Part shown: positions 38,801 through 50,800 of the stretch, piece by piece
Layout: each line of letters starts with the position of its first letter
Position numbering within the stretch: the stretch's first letter is position 1
Assembly: GCF_003918875.1 (NCBI RefSeq)
Contig: NW_025766558.1
Coordinates: forward strand, 1,364,001-1,428,000
Source of the DNA: Haliotis rubra
Taxonomy: Eukaryota
Direction: 5' to 3'
Length of the DNA stretch: 64,000 nucleotides
Translations under genes and position numbers: made by a program
The notes under the pieces: model-generated
What the model saw: only the letters and a program-made list of their open reading frames with translations
The model's database searches: none
What the model was told of the DNA's origin: nothing

Positions 38801-41800
38801 GTCCTCTCTCCCCGACAAGAGTCTGGAAGCCCTCCGGGAATGACTGGATAAAGTTGTAAGCGTTTGCTTGTTTGGCTGCCATAACAATGTGGTCCTTTGT
38901 CACAGCGGTTGGGTCAGAGGCACCGTAGGCGATGTTCTCACCGATGGAGCAGGAGAACAACACAGGCTCCTAGGAAGCACAGCACATTCGGGCATTTACT
39001 GTACACTTCATAATCTTAATATTTGAAATCCTGAATGGAAACATTTATTGCTGATGATTAGGTCAATTCAGAGAGGGTACCTGTGATGTCGGCAACAGTG
39101 TGACAACTTCAGGGACAACAGGACAAATATCCATGAGCCACGGAAGGTGCCACTGGCAGCTCGCAAACACAAGGCTGACAAGGGAAAATACACATCATAA
39201 TACAGGTGATGATGCATGGACGATGATACAACTTACCTGGTTTACAGTTCCGATCTGATTCCTGAGCCAGGTGGGGTTCAACTCACGGATATCTTGGCCA
39301 TCAAGTTGGACACTTCCTACAAAACAGTCATATGTCAAGAATGACAAGTGTTTATGGATGATCAGCTTCTTCATCCATAAAACACCCGTGAAGATCCGGG
39401 TTAGAACTGATCTTCAGTAACACATGCTTGTCTCCACCCGTGAAGATCCGGGTTAGAACTGATCTTCAGTAACACATGCTTGTCTCCACCCGTGAAGATC
39501 CGGGTTAGAACTGATCTTCAGTAACACTCGCGTTTGTCTACCCGTGAAGATCCGGGTTAGAACTGATCTTCAGTAACACATGCTTGTCATAAGAGGCGAC
39601 TAATAGGATCGAGTGATCAGGCTCGCTGACTTGGTTGACACATGTCATCGTATCCCAATTGCGTAGATAGATGCTCATGCTGTTGATCACTGGACTGCCT
39701 GGTCCAGACTCGATTATTTACAGATAGTTGCCATATAGCTGGAATATTGCTGAGTGTGGCGTAAAACTAAACTCACTCACTTATTCATTTGTTATCAACA
39801 AACTAGCAAACTAGGGATCTTGTGCTCTCCCTTACAACAGTAGGCTCATTCTAAAACAGTTTGTGTTAAGTAAAACTGTTACGATAATCTCAATGCCAAT
39901 GCAATTAATCTTTGATAAAGCATGGGACTTCCAACTGTCTGAGCACTGTGATTGTCAGTCGAGTACAGGATCTAAGAATGTTGTATACTTCGCTACAGCT
40001 ACCCCTAATATGTGCACTGTAAACATGGATACAGTATGTAACACTACTTCATACAAAAGGTATGCGAGGAAGTGCCATGGGCTCGACTAGGGAATAATTG
40101 TAAAAATGTATGAGTACCATAGAGTGTACTTAACCTGTGTGGGATCGTACATATTTAGGAGCATCGTTGAGCCTACTTAACCTGTGTGGGATTGTACATA
40201 CTTAGGAGTGTCGTTGAGCGTACCTAACCTGTGTGGGATCATACAGTGATGTGGATCAGACTTATACTGTGAAGGATCGTACATACGTAGGAGCGGTGTG
40301 GATCAGACTTATACTGTGAGGGATCGTACATACGTAGGAGTGGTGTGGATCAGACTTACCCTGTGAGGGATCGTACATACGTAGGAGTGGTGTGGATCAG
40401 ACTTATACTGTGAGGGATCGTACATACGTAGGAGTGGTGTGGATCAGACTTACCCTGTGAGGGATCGTACATACGTAGGAGTGGTGTGGATCAGACTTAC
40501 CCTGTGAGGGATCGCATACTTTACCCTGTGAGGGAGTGGTGTGGATCAGACTTATACTGTGAGGGATCGTACATACGTAGGAGTGGTGTGGATCAGACTT
40601 ATACTGTGAGGGATCGTACATACGTAGGAGTGGTGTGGATCAGACTTAACCCTGTGAGGGATCGCGCATACACGTGAGGGAGTGGTTTGGATCAGACTTA
40701 CCCTGTGAGGGATCGTGCATCATTACCTAAGGAGTGGTGTGGATCAGACTTTACCCTGTGAGGGATCGCATACACGTAGGAGTGGTGTGGATCAGACTTA
40801 TACTGTGAGGGATCGCATATAATGTAGGAGTGGTGTGGATCAGACTTACCCTGTGAGGGATCGCACACACGAGGAGTGGTGTGGATCAGACTTACTGAAT
40901 GGGGAGTAGGGGTGGTGGATCAGACTTACCCTGTGAGGGATCGCACACACGTAGGAGTGGTGTGGATCAGACTTATACTCTGAGGGATCTGCACATACAT
41001 TAGGAGTGGTTTGGATCAGACTTACCCTGTGAGGGATCATTACATACCTAAGGAGTGGTGTGGATCAGACTTACCCTGTGAGGAATCGTACATACGTAGG
41101 AGTGGTTTGGATCAGACTTACCCTGTGAGGGATCGTACATACGTAGGAGTGGTGTGGATCAGACTTATACTGTGAGGGATCGTACATACGTAGGAGTGGT
41201 GTGGATCAGACTTACCCTGTGAAGGATCGTACATGCAGGGAGTGGTGTGGAACAGACTTACCCTGTGTGGGATCAGACTTACTACCCTGTGGGACGTATA
41301 CTACAAAGGAGTGATGTGGATCAGACATGTAGGAGTGGAGTGGTGGATCAGACTTACCCTGTGAGGGATCGTACATACGTAGGAGTGGTGTGGATCAGAC
41401 TTACCCTGTGAGGGATCGTACATACGTAGGAGTGGTGTGGATCAGACTTACCCTGTGAGGGATCGTACATACGTAGGAGTGGTGTGGATCAGACTTACCC
41501 TGTGAGGGATCGTACATACGTAGGAGTGGTGTGGATCAGACTTACCCTGTGAGGGATCATACATACGTAGGAATGGTTTGGATCAGACTTACCCTGTGAG
41601 GGGAGTGGGTGGATGGATCAGACTTACCCTGACTTACCCTGTGAGGGATCGTACATACATTAGGAGTGGTGTGGATCAGACTTATACTGTGAGGGATCGA
41701 GGGGGATCAGACTTACATAGTGCAGGGATGTAGGAGTGGTGTGGATCAGACTTATACTGTGAGGGATCTGTACATGCGTAGGGGTGGTGTGGATCAGACT

Positions 41801-44800
41801 TACCCTGTGAGGGGGGAATCGTACATACACGTAGGAGTGGTGTGGATCAGACTTACTCTGAATGGGATGTGACATACATGCGTAGGAGTGGTGTGGATCA
41901 GACTTACTCTGAATGGGATCATTACATGCATTAGGAGTGTTGTGGATCAGACTTATACTGTGAGGGATCGCGTACATACATTAGGGAGTGGTTTGGATCA
42001 GACTTACCCTGTGAGGGATCGCATATACACTGAAGGAGTGGTGTGGATCAGACTTACCCTGTGAGGAATCATTACATCATGTAGGAGTGGTTTGGATCAG
42101 ACTTACCCTGTGAGGGATCGTACATCACGAGGGAGTGGTGTGGATCAGACTTATACTGTGAGGGATCGTCGTACATCAGACTTACCCTAGGAGTGGTGTG
42201 GATCAGACTTACCCTGTGAGGGATCGTACATCACATTAGGGAGTGGTGTGGATCAGACTTACCCTGTGAGGGATCAGACTTACCCTGTACATACAGTAGG
42301 AGTGGTGTGGATCAGACTTACCCTGTGAGGGATCGTACATACAAAGGAGTGGTGTGGATCAGACTTACCCTGTGAGGGATCAGACTTACATACATGTAGG
42401 GAGTGGTGTGGATCAGACTTTACTGTGAAGGGATCCTGTGAGTGGTGTGGATCAGACTTTACCCTGTGTGGGATACACGCAGGAGTGGTGTGGATCAGAC
42501 TTACCCTGTGAGGGATCGCACATACGATCAGACTTACCCTGTGAGGGATGAGGGAGTGGTGTGGATCAGACTTACCCTGTGAGGGATCGTACATACGTAG
42601 GAGTGGTGTGGATCAGACTTACCCTGTGAGGGATCGTACATACATACAGTAGGAGTGGTTTGGATCAGACATACCCTGTGAGGGATCATTACATCTGAAG
42701 GAGTGGTGTGGATCAGACTTACCCCTGTGAGGGATCGATCAGACATATGGAATCATAGGAGTGAGGTGTGGATCAGACTTACTCTGAATGGAATCATACA
42801 TACGTAGGAATGGTTTGGATCAGACTTACCCTGTGAGGGATTGTACATACGTAGGAGTGGTGTGGATCAGACTTACCCTGTGAGGGATCGTACATACGTA
42901 GGAGTGTTATGGATCAGACATACGTAAGGGATCGTACATACGTAGGAGTGGTATGGATCAGACTTACCCTGTGAGGGATTGTACATACGTAGGAGTGTTA
43001 TGGAGCATACTTACCCTGCGTGGGATCATACATGCGGAGAAGCAAAGCACCTAGCGTGGACTTCCCCGACCCACTGGGACCAACCACGGCAGTCACAGAG
43101 CCAGATGGGACATTCAAGCTCAGGTCCGAGAAAATTGTTGTCTCGGGACGGGATGGGTAATGGAAATTGATGTTGTTGAAGCTAATGTTGCCCTGCGGCG
43201 AACTGGACGGTGATAGACCGGCTGAAATGAAGATTAAATATAATGTGTATGCTAGTTGGCGCCTTTGGGATTCTTGGTTAGAACAGGACTACCTTGATAT
43301 ATATGGGCTCAATGACTTGTGATGTCATACTCCAATACAACAAACCTTGCTATCAATCACTGCTCCAGATTTACAGGTGGTTTTCACATGGCTCTAATAT
43401 TGCTGAATACCGGTACATCATTAAATGATAAATAAAAAAACCCTTGATATTGTACATCATACACCAGATTGGGTGGGTGACGAAAGTGGAAGAAGAAATA
43501 AGTGTATACCTGTCACAGGAATCTGGGGCTGTCTGTCCATCAATTGCCAGAGTCGGGAACTTGCCCCCAGGCCACGCATCAGCTCGGTGTAAAATGTCGT
43601 CAAGCCTGCAATATATACCATACTTGATATCTGTGTAGAAAGTCGTCAAGCCTGCAATATATACCATACTTCATGTCTGTGTAGAAAGTCGTCAAGCCTG
43701 CAATATATACCAAACTTGATATCTATCCTGCAATATATACCATACTTCATGTCTGTGTAAAAAGTCGTCAAGCCTGCAATATATACCATACTTCATGTCT
43801 ATGTAGAAGGTCGTCAAGCCTGCAATATATACCATACTTGATATCTATCCTGCAATATATACCATACTTCATGTCTGTGTAGAAAGCCGTCAAGCCTGCA
43901 ATATATACCATACTTCATGTCTATGTAGAAAGTCGTCAAGCCTGCAATATATACCATACTTCTTATCTGTGTAGAAAGTGGTCAAGCCTGCAATATATAC
44001 CATACTTCATGTCTATGTAGAAAGCTGTCCAACCTGCAATATATACCATACTTGATATCTATCCTGCAATATATACCATACTTGATATCTGTGTAGAAAG
44101 TCGTCAAGCCTGCAATATAAACCATACTTCATTTCTATGTAGAAAATCGTCAAGCCTAAAATACACATATTCAATACCATCTTTAGATGAGCTTACAGTA
44201 AAATCTATGTGAAAACACATGCACTAAGGAATGAAGAACATCATCAGTTTGTAGGTTCAGGAAACCAGCCCACTTATTGCTGTGTACAAGTTGTGAGAGC
44301 TCACCTCCCATAGACACTCCCACGTAGGCTGCATACAGGAGGAACGCCGACAGCTCTCCGACTGTCATCTGTGACTCGGTCATCATCAGCCCTCCGTAGT
44401 AGAACACTGACAGCACGATGGCGTTACCAGACACCCCAGTCTGTCAGAAACAGGAGAGATAACTCATACTATGTACTGACTGCATGACCACATTACCAGA
44501 CATCCCAGTCTGTCAGAAACAGGGGAGATAACTCATGCTACATACAGACTGCATGACCACATTACCAGACATCCCAGTCTGTCAGAAACAGGAGAGATAA
44601 CTCATACTATGTACTGACTGCATGACCACATTACCAGACATCCCAGCCTGTCAGAAACAGGGGAGATAACTCATGCTATGTACTGACTGCATGACCACAT
44701 TACCAGACATCCCAGTCTGTCAGAAACAGGGGAGATAACTCATACTATGTACTGACTGCATGACCACATTACCAGACACCCCAGTCTGTCAGAAACAGGG

Positions 44801-47800
44801 GAGATAACTCATGCTACATACAGACTGCATGACCACATTACCAGACATCCCAGTCTGTCAGAAACAGGGGAGATAACTCATACTATGTACTGACTGCATG
44901 ACCACATTACCAGACATCCCAGTCTGTCAGAAACAGGGGAGATAACTCATGCTACATACTGACTGCATGACCACATTACCAGACATCCCAGTCTGTCAGA
45001 AACAGGAGAGATAACTCATACTATGTACTGACTGCATGACCACATTACCAGACACCCCAGTCTGTCAGAAACAGGGGAGATAACTCATACTATGTACTGA
45101 CTGCATGACCACATTACCAGACATCCCCTAGTCTGTCAGAAACAGGGGAGATAACTCATACTACCATGCTACATACAGACTGCATGACCACATTACCAGA
45201 CATCCCAGTCTGTACAGGAGAGATAACTCATACTGACTGCATGACCACATTACCAGACATCCCAGTCTGTCAGAAACAGGGGAGATAACTCATGCTACAT
45301 ACAGACTGCATGACCACATTACCAGACATCCCAGTCTGTCAGAAACAGGGGAGATAACTCATACTATGTACTGACTGCATGACCACATTACCAGACATCC
45401 CAGTCTGTCAGAAACAGGGAGATAACTCATGCTACATACAGGAGATAACTCATGCTATGTACTGACTGCATGACCACATTACCAGACATCCCAGTCTGTC
45501 AGAAACAGGGGAGATAACTCATGCTACATACTGACTGCATGACCACATTACCAGACATCCCAGTCTGTCAGAAACAGGGGAGATAACTCATACTACATAC
45601 AGACTGCATGACCACATTACCAGACACCCCAGTCTGTCAGAAACAGGGGAGATAACTCATGCTACATACTGACTGCATGACCACATTACCAGACATCCCA
45701 GTCTGTCAGAAACAGGAGAGATAACTCATACTATGTACTGACTGCATGACCACATTACCAGACATCCCAGCCTGTCAGAAACAGGGGAGATAACTCATGC
45801 TACATACTGACTGCATGACCACAGTACCATACATTCCTGTCTGTTCCATGCAACATACTGACAGTATAACAATATTACTTGATGCCTGTGACAGAGACAT
45901 GGAGAGATAACTCATGTTCTAGACAGATATTCCAGATTATTTATATTTTAGACTGAATGCACAGTTACCTGACATCCCAGATGACAGAAGTTAGGTTTGT
46001 AAAGCTGTGTGTTTTGTACCAGCCAGTCCTTATCTTTATTGAACCAATTATGCTGTGCAGGTACTCACAAATCCCCAGAAGACTCCACGAGCCAATGCTT
46101 CCTTGTATGACAACTTCAGAACATGGTCGATCTTTTGGTTATAGGCTTCACATTCCTTCTCTTCTTGTGCAAATGCTCGCACGGTGCGGATGTTGCCCAC
46201 CTTCTCTTCAGCAAGCTGCAGTTGTTAAGATACTATCATAGTCTCCAAAGAATCAAGCACATGAAAATGCAAAACAAGGCATCTAGAACTAGAATTTTCT
46301 ACATGTCACTTCCACTTTTCATAGTTGTCTCCCCTCATCACTGTCTGGGAACAATTCAATTCTCCAATTCATGTCTGACACATTAAATGCATTGTCTAGT
46401 AATTCAGGATGATGTAGGAATATGTAGTGCTGACAGGAAAGTAGTTCTCTACCTGAGTGGCATTGGCCAGAGAGGACTGTACTTGCTTGGTGATGTTCCG
46501 CACATACCGACCATATATGATAGACACAAGGGCCACTGGCGGCACAATGCCTAAGGATATCGCTGTTAGCTTGGCAGAGACATACACCTGAAAACAATGG
46601 CAACAAAACATAGTCAATGATAACTAGGGGCTTGAAAATTAATATTTGAAAATAACTTGAAGAGGTTTCATATAACTGTGTAACCAAATGACTGAAATAT
46701 TTAACTTCAATGTCGAAGCAAAAAACCTCAAGGATATTCTTCTCCAACTCATAATCTTCTCCCACTCCAATTGACCATTATCCCCCTCCAAGTCACCATC
46801 AACCCCTTCAACTCACCATCAAACCCTCCAACTCACCATCAACCCCTTCAACTCACCATCAACCCCTTCAACTCACCATCAAACCCTCCAACTCACCATC
46901 ATCCCAACCCCACCTACAGCTTGTGCTATCGACCTCAGTCCATCAGATATGTTGTTTGTCACAGACTGTCCAACAAGTGATGTATCGGCCGACAAACGAT
47001 TTATCAGCTCCCCAGTCTTAGTTTTGTCAAAGAATCCAATTTCTTGCTTCATAACTGAATTGAACAACTTTTCTCGAAGACTCTTCACAATGTTTTGGCC
47101 AGCGACCGTCATCAAATAGACCCGTCCAAAGTTTGCGACTCCTCCGATGAGAAAAACCACCAGTAATATCTTGCAGAGTGAATTGAGTCTCTCCTCCATC
47201 TTCCCCTCCTGTGACGCTGTGTAGATGATGTCGATCACCTTCCCGATACAGAACGGCACGGCCATGGTCACGCTACTGGACACCACCAGCAGCCCCAACG
47301 CACCTGGAGACAACCAGCACACAGTGGAATAACTACATGAAACATCAACACAGAAACATAAATATGTTTACATGATGGCAATGTTTCATCTCTAAGTACT
47401 GGGCACATTGAGCTAGCCCTGGCAGGAGATCAAGAAGTACTCTCAGCATAACTACAATATAAACCATGATGACTTCTTGCTGTAGGTGCAGTTGAGTCTG
47501 TGACAGTAAGACTGAAATGCTGTGCGTTATTATGCAAAATTAGTGACCCATTACATATCTATTCAGTCATACTTAAAAGTCAGAGACATCTTTCAGGGCT
47601 TGTTCATTGCAGAATCAACTGATTCCCATGACAACAAGTGATTATTGCGCTTGAATCACAAACATTCTTGCATGTTTCCCAGCAGTCATATCTCCCAATG
47701 GAGTCACCCTTTGTGATTTCTGACAGAGGCTAACCCTTGATCGTATTCATTCATTTACAGATAAAATTTAATGTCAACCTTTAACCTGAACTTGAAACAA

Positions 47801-50800
47801 ATCTTTTGTGTTCATTCCCATGGGGGAATTCAGATAAATACTAAAATGACCATTCTCATCACACACCAGATATTTGCTGTATGCAATGTCATTATGAAAC
47901 GTGCAGAAATGAGGATTCCAAAATGGCTGCTATGCCACACACAGAATACAGTCAACATGGACGTCCAGTAACCCACACACAGAATACAGTCATCATGGAC
48001 GTCCAGTAACCTGCACATAGAATACAGTCAACATGGACGTCCAGTAACCCACACACAGAATACAGTCAACATGGACGTCCAGTAACCCACACACAGAATA
48101 CAGTCAACATGGACGTCCAGTAACCCGCACATAGAATACAGTCAACATGGACGTCCAGTAACCCGCACATAGAATACAGTCAACATGGAACCCGCACCAG
48201 TAACCAGTCACATAGAATACAGTCAACATGGACAGTCCATGTAACCAGTAACCCACACACAGAATACAGTCAACATGGACGCCCAGTAACCCACACACAG
48301 AATACAGTCAACATGGACGTCCAGTAACCCCGAGAATACATAGAATACACACATACAGAATACGCCCAGTAGTCAACATAGGACGTCAACAGTACGCCCA
48401 GTAACCCGCACATAGAATACAGTCAACATGGACGTCCAGTAACCCGCACACAGAATACAGTCAACATGGACGTCCAGTAACCCCATACACAGAATACAGT
48501 CAACATGGACGCCCAGTAACCCGCACACACAGAATACAGTCAACATGGACGCCCAGTAACCCGCACACAGAATACAGTCAACATGGACGTCCAGTAACCC
48601 GCAGATATAGAATACAGTCAACATGGACGTCCAGTAACCCACACACAGACATACAGTCAATACAATCAACATGGGCGTCCAGTAACCAACACACAGAATA
48701 CAGTCAACGCGTCCAGTAACCCGCACACAGAATACAGTCAACATGGACGTCCAGTAACCCTACACACAGAATACAGTCAACATGGACGTCCCAGTAACCC
48801 CACAATAAGAAGTCAACACGTCCAGTAACCCAGTAAACACACAGAATGGAGTCGTCCAGTAACCCACACACAGAATACAGTCAACATGGACGTCCAGTAA
48901 CCCGCACACAGAATACAGTCAACATGGACGTCCAGTAACCCGCACACAGAATACAGTCAACATGGACGTCCAGTAACCCGCACACAGAATACAGTCAACA
49001 TGGACGTCCAGTAACCCACACACAGAATACAGTCAACATGGACGTCCAGTAACCCACACACAGAATACAGTCAACATGGACGTCCAGTAACCCCACACAG
49101 AATACAGTCAACATGGACGCCCAGTAACCCGCACACAGAATACAGTCAACATGGACGTCCAGTAACCCACACACAGAATACAGTCAACATGGACGCCCGT
49201 AACCCAGTACAGAATACAGTCAACCACACACAGAATACAGTCAACATGGACGTCCAGTAACCCACACACAGAATACAGTCAACATGGACGTCCAGTAACC
49301 CGCACACAGAATACAGTCAACATGGACGTCCAGTAACCCGCACACAGAATACAGTCAACATGGACGTCCAGTAACCCACACACAGAATACAGTCAACATG
49401 GACGTCCAGTAACCCGCACACAGAATACAGTCAACATGGACGTCCAGTAACCCACACACAGAATACAGTCAACATGGACGCCCGCCACAGTAAGTCCCAT
49501 CGTCCAGTAACCCACACACAGAATACAGTCAACATGGACGCCCAGTAACCCACACACAGAATACAGTCAACATGGACGTCCAGTAACCCACACACAGAAT
49601 ACAGTCAACATGGACGCCCGGTAACCCACGACACAGAATAATAGTCAACATGGACGTCCAGTAACCCACACACAGAATACAGTCAACATGGACGCAGTAA
49701 CCCACACACAGAATACAGTCAACATGGACGTCCAGTAACCCACACACAGAATACAGTCAACATGGACGTCCAGTAACCCACACACAGAATACAGTCAACA
49801 TGGACGTCCAGTAACCCGCACACAGAATACAGTCAACATGGACGTCCAGTAACCCACACACAGAATACAGTCAACATGGACGTCCAGTAACCCCCACACA
49901 CAGTAACCCGCACACAGAATACAGTCAACATGGACGCCCAGTAACCCGCACACAGAATACAGTCAACATGGACGTCCAGTAACCCGCACACAGAATACAG
50001 TCAACATGGACGTCCAGTAACCCACACACAGAATACAGTCAACATGGACGTCCAGTAACCCGCACACAGAATACAGTCAACATGGACGTCCAGTAACCCA
50101 CACACAGAATACAGTCAACATGGACGTCCAGTAACCCGCACACAGAATACAGAATACGATCCAGTCACACATGAATACAGTCAACATGGACGTCCAGTAA
50201 CCCGCACACAGAATACAGTCAACATGGACGTCCAGTAACCCACACACAGAATACAGTCAACATGGACGTCCAGTAACCCACACACAGAATACAGTCAACA
50301 TGGACGTCCAGTAACCCACACACAGCATGTCACAAGCTCTGAAGTAACAATAGTCGTACACTATGGCCTATTTTAAAGCTGTCACATATACAAAATGGTG
50401 ATGTTTGAACTTTTGCGTTGGTGGCTGCTGTCAGTTGATGTATGGATGAATCACACGTTCTAGCAAGGCATTCTCATAGCCACACATCTCCGTCTGTGTG
50501 ATGAGGGTACAGGTTCACATCAGGATGGGACTACTCAAAGCCTTAGACTTAAGAGGTACATGTATTTATTACCCATGTGGTCAACGTATGGGTAGTTGCA
50601 TACTAATCTCGTACGTCACACGAGTGTCGTATCGCGTTGATCTGTGTCGTAACGACTTGACCTGAGATTCTAACGATTTGATTGGATAACCGATGACCTC
50701 TCAGTTAGGTCACGTTGTGACAGAACTACTTGTTCATTCATAACAAACACGTGAATTCATTCATTCTACAACTTACATGCATTGTGGGAATGTAAACATT

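Noticed and set aside
40130-50325. Regular repeats resembling CRISPR arrays, and the short ORFs within them
   Set aside because: Head-to-tail units without unique spacers, located in eukaryotic introns, with no cas genes; the ORFs are repeat translations.
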